DNA of 64,000 nucleotides from Promethearchaeota archaeon (GCA_048938105.1 JBHLMN010000010.1:152937-216936); one strand, 5' to 3'; shown: positions 1 to 11,360, numbered from the stretch's first letter. Notes: generated from the sequence alone by a model not told the origin. A program made the numbers and translations.

Positions 1-143
1 CTTGAAACTTCCCCCAAATTCGGAATAATCAATCCAATTTCACAGGTTTTGAGTGAATGATTCTCAACATGCTCTAAATTATAAATAACTTTAATTCAGG
101 GCATAGATGGATCAATGAAAAATGTATTTCCAGGAAAGGCAAA

Positions 144-695
144 ATGATGATAGATGATTTAGTTTTAAGGCAGAAAGAGCAGGAGACATTAAAAATCGAT
201 AATTTAATTATTAAACTTGACCATATAGCCTATAGAGTAAACAGAGGAGAGAGAAGGAGATTTATTGACGAATTATCAAATGTGGTACCATATCAAGAGT
301 TTAAAAACTTCAAAGTACTCAATGCAAATGCAGTTACTACCTGTATAAAACTTCATAGCACTTTACCTGTCATTGTTGTTTCCGAGGGGGTTACTGATGA
401 CTCCATTGTCGAAAAATATTGTCAAAAATATGGTTCTAGAGTCCATCATTTGGCATATCTAGTAAAAGACATTCGAAAAGTAGTTGAGGTTCAAAAACAG
501 CGAGGAATTCAATTTACAACAGAAAAGATCATTGGCAGTGAAGCGGAGGGAATATTACAAATCTTTACAACCCCAACTGAGACAACTAACCATATTTTAG
601 AGTATATCCAACGATTTGGTGATTTTGATGGTTTTTTCACTCCATCTAATATTTCCAAGCTAATGAAATCTACTGAAAAATTAGGCGAAGCTTAG
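144..695 (+). CDS. VOC/glyoxalase superfamily protein, 4-hydroxyphenylpyruvate dioxygenase C-terminal-like
   Basis: LDHIAY, VHHLAY, GILQIFT and LEYIQRFG..GF motifs typical of the HPPD C-terminal domain. Confidence 0.7.
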   Translation: MMIDDLVLRQKEQETLKIDNLIIKLDHIAYRVNRGERRRFIDELSNVVPYQEFKNFKVLNANAVTTCIKLHSTLPVIVVSEGVTDDSIVEKYCQKYGSRVHHLAYLVKDIRKVVEVQKQRGIQFTTEKIIGSEAEGILQIFTTPTETTNHILEYIQRFGDFDGFFTPSNISKLMKSTEKLGEA

Positions 696-803
696 AGATT
701 ATGAGACTCCTTTTTTTAATTCCTAACTGTGAAAAAAAAGGCTTGGCAGCTTGTCGAATATCTCGTTTGCACAAACCAAAACTGTTTCCAAGACTAATAA
801 ACA

Positions 804-1403
804 TTGTATGGAGGAGGTTCAATAGAAGTGAAATTTGAAAGAAAACCCTTACCTTTACTAGTATGTCCAGTTGTTTTAGTTACTACACAAGATAAAAAGT
901 ATGATCGGGCAAATATAATAACGTTAACCCTTGTTGGTGGTTTTTGCTGGGAACCACCGATTATTGGAGTCGGGATTGGAAGAAGCCAATATTCTAAAGG
1001 ATTAATAGATCAAATTGGTGAATTTGTTGTCAATGTTCCTACAACTGAATTGATAGAAGACGTTGAATATTGTGGTCTTGTTTCTGGAAAAGACATTGAT
1101 AAATTTGCAAATACTAACTTTACTCCAGTCCCTTCTAAACATGTCAAACCACCAATGATCAAAGAATGTCCAATTAATCTGGAGTGTAAAGTAATAATGA
1201 GCATTCCACTTGGTTCAAATGTATTATTCCTTGGTAAAGTTGTATGTCTCCATGTTGATGAATCAATTCTTGATAGTAAGGGTGGAATGAATTTAATGAA
1301 AGCTAATCCTATTATGTTTAATTTAACGAATAGCTATTGGAGTGTGGGTGAAAAAATTGCCTCGTATGGATTCAGTAAATCTCAGAAAAATCTCATAGAT
1401 TAA
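804..1403 (+). CDS. Flavin reductase family protein (start probably GTG at 828)
   Basis: PVVLVTT, GEFVVNVP, CGLVSGKDIDKF and PPMIKECPINLEC motifs. Confidence 0.9.
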   Translation: MYGGGSIEVKFERKPLPLLVCPVVLVTTQDKKYDRANIITLTLVGGFCWEPPIIGVGIGRSQYSKGLIDQIGEFVVNVPTTELIEDVEYCGLVSGKDIDKFANTNFTPVPSKHVKPPMIKECPINLECKVIMSIPLGSNVLFLGKVVCLHVDESILDSKGGMNLMKANPIMFNLTNSYWSVGEKIASYGFSKSQKNLID

Positions 1404-2193
1404 AGAGGTCTTTAGCATTTTCAGTTAAAATTCTTTTTTTATTAGCATAAGAAATGGGGGCATATGTTACCTTGGTTTTTTCCCAAGTAATGTCACGAGC
1501 TCCCCATGGATAATCAGAACCAAATAATATCTTTTCAACACCCATAACATCCACAGCTTCAGCTAATCGGCGTGGATGGGGAATATAGGAACATTCAAGG
1601 AAGAGGTTGGGGTGATGAGCTGCCATTTCAATATGGGAGAAGCGATCGTTAAGACCATACTCTTCTTTCATGTGTAAACACACAAAAGTTCCATCCGAGT
1701 ATGTTTCTGCTAATGCTGCGATGTCCTTAACAGACCCTTCTGGCCCCCATCCGGAGTGGATCATAATAGGAAGCTCAAACTCAATTGCTTTTTCAACGAA
1801 AGGTTTCACAATAGGATCTGTGAGCTTGTACCCATCAAATACTGGATGTAGTTTTAACCCTCGAAAGTTTTTCTCTTCGATCAAATCTTGAAAATCGTCT
1901 GGAGAATCATACTTTGGATTAAGCCAAGCCACAAGTAGGAATCGTCGTTTCATTGGTTCAACTCGGGTGGCAAGTAACTCATTTTCTTGTCTCATTGACT
2001 CTTTTTTTGGCCCACAGAGTAAAACCGCTTCCGTTACATGAGCATTATTTAGAGCTGCCAAATACTCATCGAAGGAAGGAAGGTTTTTTGCATCTGAAAT
2101 GAAAAATGTAACGGGACTTAACGGAAAATGAGTATGTATATCAATTGTGGGAAGAAATTTTAACGATTCATCAGCCATTTGTCTCAATTCCAC
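1393..2193 (-). CDS. Amidohydrolase-2 family metal-dependent hydrolase
   Basis: IDIHTH, GLKLHP, IHSG and ILFGSDYP motifs. Confidence 0.9.
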   Translation of the reverse strand: MELRQMADESLKFLPTIDIHTHFPLSPVTFFISDAKNLPSFDEYLAALNNAHVTEAVLLCGPKKESMRQENELLATRVEPMKRRFLLVAWLNPKYDSPDDFQDLIEEKNFRGLKLHPVFDGYKLTDPIVKPFVEKAIEFELPIMIHSGWGPEGSVKDIAALAETYSDGTFVCLHMKEEYGLNDRFSHIEMAAHHPNLFLECSYIPHPRRLAEAVDVMGVEKILFGSDYPWGARDITWEKTKVTYAPISYANKKRILTENAKDLFNL

Positions 2194-2379
2194 TTAAAAA
2201 AAGCGACTTGATTTCTCTTCTTTTTTTAGTCAGACTAATTTATATATTTATACAATGTGTGGAAACAAACGATCTTATATTTCATAAAGGATATGAAGTA
2301 AAAATAGAAATAGTGACTTGTGAATACCTTGTATACAAAAGAAATTCTTCCTTCATTCTTCTCTTAGTAGGTAATTATC

Positions 2380-3492
2380 TTGAAAACCATGTCTGATCAT
2401 TGGGCTATCTTTGTTGAGGGAGCTGAGATCAGATGGACATTTGGTAATCCGAGTGCTGAATTCCAAAAAATTGTACTCAATTTTCTGTTGGGTCTTGGGA
2501 ATTTGGGAGAAGAAATATTTGGTGAAGGCATTGCAAGTATAACCTTTGATTTACAAAAGCATACTGGAATGAAAGCTTCTGAGATCTTCATCGTTTCTTT
2601 ACAGGATCAATTTCTTTTGATAATTAGTGACCCTGCCACAACACTCCTCTTAATCACGACTCAAGGAGGAATCCCCATCGATATCAAAGAAATAATGACC
2701 GCTGTACTAGTGGGTCAAGCTTCAATTCTTTATGCGAACACCATATCTGATTTAAATGTATTAGGAAAAAGAGCTGTTGAGAAGAAATATAGAGACATCA
2801 TTCTAGACATCAATAATGAATATCTCAAGGATGATTTAATATATACCATTGTAGGAAGATCAGGAAGTAATTTTTCCATCCTAACATTTGAAGAATGTTT
2901 ATTACTACATTTTTATCTTAGAAAGCAGATTGTGCCAACAGATTATCTCCCCTCATCTAGTTGGTGTTTAATCTCACAATTGGGTGGAGGAGCTATCCCT
3001 TTCTCATTTAATATTAGGGATGAGTTAGTCATGGGGGGATATTTCGCAGCTATAATCGAATTCATCTCTACTCTCTTTGGTACGAAACCCAAGTACATCT
3101 CATTTGGTTCCACTCAGATACGCAGAGTACGCTTTGTCTATGGTGGAGATTACTTTATGGCTATTGATGCATCTTTCATGATCGACCTATTGCTTAGGCG
3201 GCGGTTTCAGAAACAATTTTTTGAAACAAATTACTCGATAATAAAAGACATGTCCGTTGGGATTAAAGAATTGATCATTGAAGAGATCATTCAATTCAGT
3301 GAAAAAAAATTAACCGAATTATCTGTTGAAACCCTTTTACGTACTTACATAGGCGAAGGAAGTGAAGATTTAGAGCTATCATTCGGAACAAATGTGGAAA
3401 AGGGGAAAGAGAAAGAGCTTTTGGAGCTTTTACGGGAGGAACGTATGGATCAAGTATTACGTGTATGGGGACGATATTTAATTAATTTATAG
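2380..3492 (+). CDS. Hypothetical protein with two longin-like segments
   Basis: Two repeats of a beta-beta-helix pattern (NFLLGLGNLGEEIFGEGIASITF; GGYFAAIIEFISTLFGTKPKYISF) resembling Asgard longin domains. Confidence 0.45.
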   Translation: MKTMSDHWAIFVEGAEIRWTFGNPSAEFQKIVLNFLLGLGNLGEEIFGEGIASITFDLQKHTGMKASEIFIVSLQDQFLLIISDPATTLLLITTQGGIPIDIKEIMTAVLVGQASILYANTISDLNVLGKRAVEKKYRDIILDINNEYLKDDLIYTIVGRSGSNFSILTFEECLLLHFYLRKQIVPTDYLPSSSWCLISQLGGGAIPFSFNIRDELVMGGYFAAIIEFISTLFGTKPKYISFGSTQIRRVRFVYGGDYFMAIDASFMIDLLLRRRFQKQFFETNYSIIKDMSVGIKELIIEEIIQFSEKKLTELSVETLLRTYIGEGSEDLELSFGTNVEKGKEKELLELLREERMDQVLRVWGRYLINL

Positions 3493-3576
3493 AAATAAAA
3501 GGAAAAAGCAGATTATTTTCGATTAAGTAAAGAAGACACATGTCAATGAGATTTCTTACTACATAATATCCGTTGG

Positions 3577-4230
3577 GTGAGTTTTTCTATGCAACTGTAC
3601 ATTGTACGACATGGTCAAACTGAATTCAATGTTGGAGAACCACGTTTTCGTGGCCAACTAGACATACCGCTTTCAGAAATCGGTATTCAACAAGCTGAAG
3701 CAATTGCATTAGCACTGAAAACCATTCCTTTTAATACGATTTACTATAGTCGGTTACAACGTGCAAAGATAACTGCTGAAATGATCCACCATTTTCATAG
3801 TTCCTCGCGTTTTATTGAAGAACCACTACTAATAACAATGAATTTCGGTGATTGGCAAGGACAGTTCCATAAGGAAGTATTTAAAACAGTTGAAGAAAGG
3901 AAAGCATGGTTAACGAACCCTAACACTCTTGTCATTCCCAATGGAGAAACATTTTATGAAGTTTTAAACAGAGTTCACCGATTATTGACACGGTTACGCG
4001 CCCAACTGGAAGAAAACATCGCGTTAATTACACACAGGGTTGTTATTATCATTCTGTTACTGTATTTATTCAAATTAGATCCTTCTCACTTTTGGAATTT
4101 CCGTGTTGACACAGCTTCGATTACCCAAATTCAATATAACTCAAATAATACATTTCGGTTGATAAAACTCAACGAGACACATCATTTGACTAATTTAGCT
4201 CACTCTAATTCTAGGGAAACTACTTTTTAG
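3577..4230 (+). CDS. Histidine phosphatase (phosphoglycerate mutase-like) family protein
   Basis: LYIVRHGQT, SRLQRA, FGDWQG, PNGET and ITH motifs. Confidence 0.92.
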   Translation: MSFSMQLYIVRHGQTEFNVGEPRFRGQLDIPLSEIGIQQAEAIALALKTIPFNTIYYSRLQRAKITAEMIHHFHSSSRFIEEPLLITMNFGDWQGQFHKEVFKTVEERKAWLTNPNTLVIPNGETFYEVLNRVHRLLTRLRAQLEENIALITHRVVIIILLLYLFKLDPSHFWNFRVDTASITQIQYNSNNTFRLIKLNETHHLTNLAHSNSRETTF

Positions 4231-4379
4231 AAAGAAACTAATAATTGCACTTAAAAGAATAATTTAGATTTAACTGAATAGAGACAATCACCCGAGAGAC
4301 AGTATACACATCTTAAAACGCAAAAAAGAATCAAGACGAAGATTTATCAAAGCTTAAAATAATCAACTGGCGCCCAAAG

Positions 4380-6008
4380 ATGACAAATTCAATCAAAAAT
4401 ACCTTATTAAACAATTATCAGGTGTTGATTGTACTATCGATAATTACGCTTTTTACTATTATTTCTGGTGTAATTTATTATCTAAGCCTCATTGAAGAAA
4501 ATCAGGAAGAGGAGAATAATCCATCTGATGAAATAAACAGTCCTGTATTCGATGGTTATAACTTATTCGTTCTCGAGGATAAAAATCTGCTAACCTTGAA
4601 TAGAAGCTTGAAACTTCTTATCACTGATATGGAAGGAGAAGTAATTATTGAAAAGGATTATCTTAAAGAACCTCGGGGATTAGATGTTTATCCTGTAGAA
4701 TTATTTAATACTACAACTGTGTTATTAGGCGCTGATGATGGAGCTGTCCTTTGGAATTTTGTAACAAATACAACATATGATTTGGGTTTTGAGGGACATC
4801 ATGATCTTGAATACAACGTTAATTATAACACATTTTTTACAATGAGCTGGTATGCAACTGAAATTGATGGGATTCTCTACGGTTTTGATGTTATTAAAGA
4901 GTACGATTGGCAAGGAAATTTACAATGGTCCCTCGACACACGGGAATTCGTTTCCCCGACAATGTGGTGCCCTTTTCAAGATAGCTATGGAGAAATCAGA
5001 GATCTAACTCATGGTAATACAGTCTTTTATGACTCCGAAGAAGATATTATTTATTATAATTCCCGTAATTGTAATACATTTTGGAAGATTGATCACAAGA
5101 CAGGCAGAATACTTTGGGCATTAGGAGAATATGGTGATTTTCAACTTTTCGACAGACGTGGAAATCTTCGAGAACATCTATTTTTTCATGCCCACTCTGT
5201 TGAAAAAATAGACGCTAATACATTCATTTTATTTGACAATGATATGCATAACCAGACGGATCCAACGAACTTTCGATCTCGTATTTTAGAGATTGTTGTT
5301 AACGAGACCACCATGACTGCCAACGAATCATGGGTATGGGCAGCTCCTGTGGAGTATTACACTAACATTTGGGGTGATGCAGACCGTCTACCAAATGGTA
5401 ATCGTTTGGGGACATTTGGAACGGAAACTCATCCCAACACTGACATTGGACCAAGATTAGTAGAGGTTACCAATGAGGGAGAGATCGTATGGGAGTTGAC
5501 TTATAGGACAACTGAAGATTATATGTATGGGATTTATCGCATGGAGCGATTTCGCTTTACTCCAACTCTCAGTTCTCAACCAAATATAAAGATGGTATCA
5601 ACAGATAGTGTTAACGTTAGCTGGCAAACATGGTTTAATTTCAGAACAAAACAACAAATGAAAGGACTTTATGCGATCTTCTTTGACGGTACGCTGATTG
5701 ATAGCGGTTTATACACGTTTGAAAAGTGGTGGCTCCCCTCCAACTTGGATGTTTCCTTAAATAATTTGTCACCAAGAAAACATAACTTAACAGTTGTACT
5801 CTCAGACATGATGGGAGGCTCCACACGTAATAGTGTCATCATTCACGACACCACGAGCTCTACAACCACTCAACAGACTAACCTGGAAACAACGACATCT
5901 TCAATGGCAAAAACAAGTAGCTTCTCTGGATTATTAGCCATTATATTGTTCATTAGCAGCCTAGTAGTATTCATTCAAATACGAAAGAAGAGAATAGAAT
6001 TAGAATAG
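4380..6008 (+). CDS. Arylsulfotransferase-like beta-propeller surface protein with C-terminal anchor
   Basis: GHHD, THGN, HAHS, LFDN and ADRLPNGN motifs; N-terminal TM; Thr-rich linker, TM and basic tail. Confidence 0.75.
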   Translation: MTNSIKNTLLNNYQVLIVLSIITLFTIISGVIYYLSLIEENQEEENNPSDEINSPVFDGYNLFVLEDKNLLTLNRSLKLLITDMEGEVIIEKDYLKEPRGLDVYPVELFNTTTVLLGADDGAVLWNFVTNTTYDLGFEGHHDLEYNVNYNTFFTMSWYATEIDGILYGFDVIKEYDWQGNLQWSLDTREFVSPTMWCPFQDSYGEIRDLTHGNTVFYDSEEDIIYYNSRNCNTFWKIDHKTGRILWALGEYGDFQLFDRRGNLREHLFFHAHSVEKIDANTFILFDNDMHNQTDPTNFRSRILEIVVNETTMTANESWVWAAPVEYYTNIWGDADRLPNGNRLGTFGTETHPNTDIGPRLVEVTNEGEIVWELTYRTTEDYMYGIYRMERFRFTPTLSSQPNIKMVSTDSVNVSWQTWFNFRTKQQMKGLYAIFFDGTLIDSGLYTFEKWWLPSNLDVSLNNLSPRKHNLTVVLSDMMGGSTRNSVIIHDTTSSTTTQQTNLETTTSSMAKTSSFSGLLAIILFISSLVVFIQIRKKRIELE

Positions 6009-6061
6009 CCTAGAGTTACTAGCAGTTGTAAAAATTACTTTATGTATGAATAAGAACTTAA

Positions 6062-7054
6062 TTGTATCAAACCAAAATTAATTATATCCAAAACCAAGAA
6101 TCAAATTTCTCTAGAAATGGCTGTGTTGAATTAATAGTGGACGTAGTATTTGAGAAGAACATTTCAACAGGTAATATGTTTATTGTTAAACATTCACTTA
6201 TCGTGTACTTCCTACTAGCCTATATAATATCTTGGGCTGGTTGGATACCACTTATAATAATAACTGTTGCTTCTTCATCGATACAATGGATGACATTAAT
6301 GACTATAGGCATTATTGGTCCTCTTCTTGCTTCAATAATCACAATAAGTATAATTCATGGGAAAAAAGGTATAACAGAGTTTCTTGGCAGAATATTTGCA
6401 TGGAGAGTACCTTATATCTGGTATTTGGCTGCTTTTGCAATAGCGGTTATTATTTGGCTTTTACCAACAATTATCCATATTTGTTTAAGTGGAACCCCTC
6501 CAGTATTATTTAGTAAAACACCTTATATTCCCTCTTCTTGTACCTTTCTTCAGATTCACGATAACACCCTCCTGTGTATAATCCTTCAGTTTATCACGAT
6601 TTTTCTAATTAATGGTATTACGGAGGAACCAGGATGGAGAGGTACTGCATTACCCAAACTTCAAGAGAAGTATAATGCGGTATTCTCCAGTATAATCATT
6701 GGAATCATCCATGCATGCTGGCACTTACCACTATACTTCATTCCTGGGTCTACTAAATACTTTGCTAATACAGGAAAACTTCTTCTCCCCTTTATATCCT
6801 TCGTTATTGTTACAGTCTTATGTTCATTCATCTATACCTGGCTTTACAATTCAACAGAAAGTATTCTATTCCCCATGATCTTTCATACGATATGGAATTT
6901 ATCTATTGAGTTATTAAGACCTCCCACGGCAGGGTATCCTGTTGGATATGATGTGATTTTAATAGCAGTAGAATTTGTTTGGGTTCTGTTATTGATCCAC
7001 TTCTTTGGAAGTGAAAGACTAACAAGAAGATCAAGAGAAAGTGATCAGAATTGA
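6062..7054 (+). CDS. CPBP/Abi (CAAX protease) family intramembrane metalloprotease (true start probably later)
   Basis: EEPGWRG, HACWHLP and FHTIWN motifs; multiple TMs. Confidence 0.92.
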   Translation: MYQTKINYIQNQESNFSRNGCVELIVDVVFEKNISTGNMFIVKHSLIVYFLLAYIISWAGWIPLIIITVASSSIQWMTLMTIGIIGPLLASIITISIIHGKKGITEFLGRIFAWRVPYIWYLAAFAIAVIIWLLPTIIHICLSGTPPVLFSKTPYIPSSCTFLQIHDNTLLCIILQFITIFLINGITEEPGWRGTALPKLQEKYNAVFSSIIIGIIHACWHLPLYFIPGSTKYFANTGKLLLPFISFVIVTVLCSFIYTWLYNSTESILFPMIFHTIWNLSIELLRPPTAGYPVGYDVILIAVEFVWVLLLIHFFGSERLTRRSRESDQN

Positions 7055-7059
7055 AGAGA

Positions 7060-8367
7060 TTAATGGAGAAATGAAAACTCTAGAAACCACCCAATATTTT
7101 GAGTAAGATCATAGAGAGGATCAATGTTTTCAGGATGAGCTGGTGCTGTGATTGAAAGAGTCACAGTCCTTTGGTCAGAAATAACTTCCAAATTAGGACA
7201 AAAGTCTCCTATCAACCTATTAAAAGTTCTTGCTATCTCAGTTCTTTCTTTGAATGAGTTTAATAACTCTTTTGGTTCCGCTTTAACTTCTATCCCCTCA
7301 AACGCATTACTAAATCTGAATTCTTTTCTTTCCATTTGATAAGTCTTCATTGAAATCTTAAATGGGATCAGAGGCAATTCCTTACTCCCAATCACAGAAA
7401 TTATTTTAACATCCCAATTAAAGGTGACAGTCTTGAAATATCCTATATTGAATCTAATCTCTGCAGAAGTGTCAGAAATTTTATGATCACTAGCAAAATA
7501 ACATTTATCAGATATTTTTTCTTTAATCTGCTCCAGAAGTTTCGTTTCCTGCATTGATGTTGTAGTAATATCTTGTGTAATATCAACTACTTTTTCGGGC
7601 TTATAAGAAACTGATTTCCCATAGGAAACATCTCTTGGGAAATCTCTAAACTGCTGTTTCCTACTAGGGATTCTTTCGAAGATCCTTCTAGCTGAAGCTC
7701 TGTGTTGAACTGTAGATAATGAAGTTACATTTGCTAGAATAGATATCAGATCAAGAAGAGCACCTACATACCGTACATTAGTATGATCAGATCTAATAAT
7801 AACATCAATTGAATTTCCAGCTAGTTCTAATTTACATTCCTTTAAATCAGAAATAGCTGCGATTTTTGATGCAATCTGAAAATTATTATCACTTAAATAC
7901 GATTGTAAGAAAATTGGGTCAGAAGCCTGGATAAATAATCGTTTATCTAATAAGGAATGTCCAAGTTGAACATTTTCTCCTCCAAAAACTCTGTTAAAAA
8001 ATCCCTCTTTCTTGACTATTACTGAAAAATTACCCTTAATGGGCTTTTCAATAACAAGGTTTGAAGAAAGGATAAGATCCTGTTTATGATGTTTTCCACT
8101 TCTATACACCTTGTATTTCAACAACAGGTCACGAATAGGGTAATTATCGACTCTCGGAGAGGCATAAATCTCAGGGTTTGAAAAGAATCCACCTTCCGAA
8201 ACAATAGTCACTTGTAAATCAGGAAATTGGTTCTCAATCATTGCTTTCGCTGATTCTGAAAACTCTTTTTCTTTTACAGTGCTATAATAAATCAATATTA
8301 TGATAAAGATGAAGAAGAGTAAAAAAAAAGGGATAATAAACACAGAACCATCTGCCATTTTAACCAC
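7060..8367 (-). CDS. Hypothetical membrane-anchored protein
   Basis: 435 aa ORF with one N-terminal TM. Confidence 0.7.
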   Translation of the reverse strand: MVKMADGSVFIIPFFLLFFIFIIILIYYSTVKEKEFSESAKAMIENQFPDLQVTIVSEGGFFSNPEIYASPRVDNYPIRDLLLKYKVYRSGKHHKQDLILSSNLVIEKPIKGNFSVIVKKEGFFNRVFGGENVQLGHSLLDKRLFIQASDPIFLQSYLSDNNFQIASKIAAISDLKECKLELAGNSIDVIIRSDHTNVRYVGALLDLISILANVTSLSTVQHRASARRIFERIPSRKQQFRDFPRDVSYGKSVSYKPEKVVDITQDITTTSMQETKLLEQIKEKISDKCYFASDHKISDTSAEIRFNIGYFKTVTFNWDVKIISVIGSKELPLIPFKISMKTYQMERKEFRFSNAFEGIEVKAEPKELLNSFKERTEIARTFNRLIGDFCPNLEVISDQRTVTLSITAPAHPENIDPLYDLTQNIGWFLEFSFLH

Positions 8368-8681
8368 GACATCTATTCAAACCAGATGAAGTGTCTCTTC
8401 TTTATAACTTATTTGATTGCAGAACAAATAATATTTTCTGTTGTAACTCCAATAACTCATGGTAACAATGAGATCTTTAATTTTTTTGAACATGCATCAA
8501 TAACAAACGCCGCTTCAATTGAAATACTAAGTTATTCCTCTTTTCCGTGATCCTCAAAGACTCCTTAAGGAGTTTCATGTTATCTTGAAAAAATTTAGAG
8601 GAATATTCTCTTTAATAAATCATCAGATATTTAAAGAAGAATATGATCAGTCAGTTATCATAAGTAAAAAATGGTGGTTGA

Positions 8682-10505
8682 ATGAGTAAAAACAATACCA
8701 CAATTTTTAAGTTTGTTAATCTGCTTTCACTGATCGCAGCAATAGCTGGTACCGCAGCTCTATTAATAGGAATTGATTTACAGGTTATTGGAGGCTGGTT
8801 CCTTTTATTAGGAGCTGAGATTATTTTTTGGATAATGTTAGAGAGAGATATTAGGATTACTCGTTATTTTGGGGGGATAACTTCTTTTATTTTGGTAGCG
8901 TTAACCACTTTCGTAATAATAGGTGATTATACAATATTATTTTCTCGATATGACATCTTGTTTTTAGTTATCTATCTACCATTTCGGACTATCTATCTTG
9001 GGATACCTCATGAAAGATTGACATTTGCAATTTTATTTTCTTCTGTTGCAACTATTTTTTCTTCAATATTACTTGTTTTCACAGATGACTTTGCTTTCGT
9101 TTATTATACAGCAGCTATAATTTTCATTGGTGGTGAACTATTATATTTCTGGAAAAGAGATGAGGAGGAGCTATATCACCGGGTGTTTGGGATGTTCCCC
9201 ACTGTATTTGTCTTACTACTATTATTTCTCGTATTTGCACCTATTGAAAACACACCTGATATCCGCCTAGATTTGTTTATAATTCTCATATACTGCCCTT
9301 TTCGGATCATTGAAAGTAGTTTACCCAAAAGTGCCACAAAAGGCCGAACAGTGGCATTTCAAGTATTCTATAGCTTTTTAGGTTTAGGATTATTAGCTTT
9401 AACAATTACTTTGGAAGCTTTACTTGCTTTGGGAACATTTGAACCTCAAATACCAAGTTATGTTGACAAGTCTTGGTCTTTATTAGAATTCACTTTTGAC
9501 TTACTAGAACCTACTCCTTTGTGGTTATTAGGTGGATTTCTGTTTTTAACATTTCACTCGTTAGACATTGGTGTCCTTTTTCTGGGTGGTCTCGTTATCT
9601 TTATTATCAGTGAGATTATCTTTTTCTTTAAGCTAGGAGTTGATATACTCTCCAAAGAGAGAAGTATCACAAGAGATTCAATATACTTCAAATTACATGC
9701 CATATTATGGTATTTAGGAATTCTAGCAGCTGCCTATGGTCTCTATATAGCAATTTTTGTGCTAGGTGATAACGAAAAGTTTTTAGAAGCTTCCAATCTG
9801 ATAAAATTAATATCAATACTTTTGGTTGTTTATTTACTAATTAAATTACTTCTGAATTGTATCACAACAACATTTTGGGCTCCAACAACAATTACTCTTC
9901 TTAGTCAAATAAGTTTTATAGCTGGTACTTTAATTCCATATGCATTTACTGAACCAATAGTTGTAGAAAACATACAAATTGAACCTTTCATGCTAGGAGT
10001 CACACTTGGCGTTGCAGCGGTTATATCTTTGCTAATCGCGACCTATACTATTACAGAACGCCTGAAATCGTTTATATTATATCTTTGGGCCGGTTGGGCC
10101 GCGATTGAATTAATCGTATCCATTTTTGGCCTTCTAGAGCAAAATAATGATTTAATATTTGTTGCAGTACCGTTAACTATTTTGACCATGTTAATGACTA
10201 TTATTTCTTCAAGAGAACGATGGTGGGCGACTGGAAAAGGCCCAGTGAGCGCCCCTAGCCCTCCACCACCATCTACCCCACCTCCGATTTCTCCACCACC
10301 ATCTGGTTTGGAAAGCCCTCCATCAGCAACCAGACCACCTAGCCCTCCACCGACAACAGATCTACGAGGCCCTCCATCAGAAGCTAGTCCTCCAAGTCCT
10401 CCATCGGATGTTAGTCCGCTAGATCAGGAACTATCTGAATTAAAGAAAAAAGAGCGAAGCGATAAATTGAAAAAGATGATGCAAGAAGAACTTGAGAAGT
10501 ATTAG
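8682..10505 (+). CDS. Polytopic membrane protein with C-terminal polyproline tail and terminal coiled helix
   Basis: Many TM helices, then PSPPPPSTPPPISPPPS... and LKKMMQEELEKY. Confidence 0.75.
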   Translation: MSKNNTTIFKFVNLLSLIAAIAGTAALLIGIDLQVIGGWFLLLGAEIIFWIMLERDIRITRYFGGITSFILVALTTFVIIGDYTILFSRYDILFLVIYLPFRTIYLGIPHERLTFAILFSSVATIFSSILLVFTDDFAFVYYTAAIIFIGGELLYFWKRDEEELYHRVFGMFPTVFVLLLLFLVFAPIENTPDIRLDLFIILIYCPFRIIESSLPKSATKGRTVAFQVFYSFLGLGLLALTITLEALLALGTFEPQIPSYVDKSWSLLEFTFDLLEPTPLWLLGGFLFLTFHSLDIGVLFLGGLVIFIISEIIFFFKLGVDILSKERSITRDSIYFKLHAILWYLGILAAAYGLYIAIFVLGDNEKFLEASNLIKLISILLVVYLLIKLLLNCITTTFWAPTTITLLSQISFIAGTLIPYAFTEPIVVENIQIEPFMLGVTLGVAAVISLLIATYTITERLKSFILYLWAGWAAIELIVSIFGLLEQNNDLIFVAVPLTILTMLMTIISSRERWWATGKGPVSAPSPPPPSTPPPISPPPSGLESPPSATRPPSPPPTTDLRGPPSEASPPSPPSDVSPLDQELSELKKKERSDKLKKMMQEELEKY

Positions 10506-10780
10506 GGATTATTTTCCCTGGACGAGCACAACATCGAAAAATTTGATGTTAAAATATTGCAATTTCATTGGGGTAACTAATTTACCATTACCCGACAATA
10601 TAATAGATGTTTGCTGAAAATAAGAGAATTAATTGTAGATATGTTAATATAAAAATAGAGAAGTTAAGAGTTTTTAAGAGTATTTTAAAGGGAAAATCAT
10701 CCCGTACTACATTTGTGTACAAATTCTTTAGATAATAATTAATGTTTGAATAGGGGAGAGGAAAATAAGAGAGTGGGAAT

Positions 10781-11299
10781 ATGAATAGTGACAACTGGAT
10801 ACTAAAAATTAATTTAGTAGGAGTCCCTCATAGCTTAGCAATGGATTTAACTCATTTGGTTAATCCAAATAGAAACTCTATTTGCTCAGTGCTTGATACA
10901 ATTGGTGTAGATGTAAATACTGAGAATATACGTGTGGATAATGAAATCGTAAGGATGATCTTTTGTAATGTAAATGCTGACAATAAATATAGAGAACTAC
11001 GTCAAGCATATTACCAAGGGGCTTTTGCAGCGGTATTTTTCTTCTTGAAGGATGATTTGGAGGCACTAAATAAAATAAGAGATTTACATACAGAATTCAC
11101 ATTAAGTTCGTCTGAGGATTCCCAAAGAGCGTTAGTAGGAATAGTGGACGAAACAAATGGAAACAAAAAATCTCAAGCAGAAGATTTAGCCAAAATATTA
11201 GGAATACCTTATTATGAGATGAAAAACACTGATAACATTGGCTTTAATGAAATGATCACAGAATTAGTAAGCATTCATATAGATTCTTTAAAAAGTTGA
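10781..11299 (+). CDS. Degenerate Rab/Ras-like small GTPase (no canonical P-loop)
   Basis: TIGVD, RELRQAYYQGAFAAVF, ALVG and LAKILGIPYYEM retain the Rab layout; GxxxxGKS absent. Confidence 0.75.
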   Translation: MNSDNWILKINLVGVPHSLAMDLTHLVNPNRNSICSVLDTIGVDVNTENIRVDNEIVRMIFCNVNADNKYRELRQAYYQGAFAAVFFFLKDDLEALNKIRDLHTEFTLSSSEDSQRALVGIVDETNGNKKSQAEDLAKILGIPYYEMKNTDNIGFNEMITELVSIHIDSLKS

Positions 11300-11360
11300 A
11301 ATAAGGGGTAGGGGAATTTTCTTCAAGAGAATTCGCCCAACATCATTCCCGATTCATCTG

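Noticed and set aside
8560-8573. 14-bp palindrome ACTCCTTAAGGAGT between divergent genes
   Set aside because: Single occurrence with no supporting context
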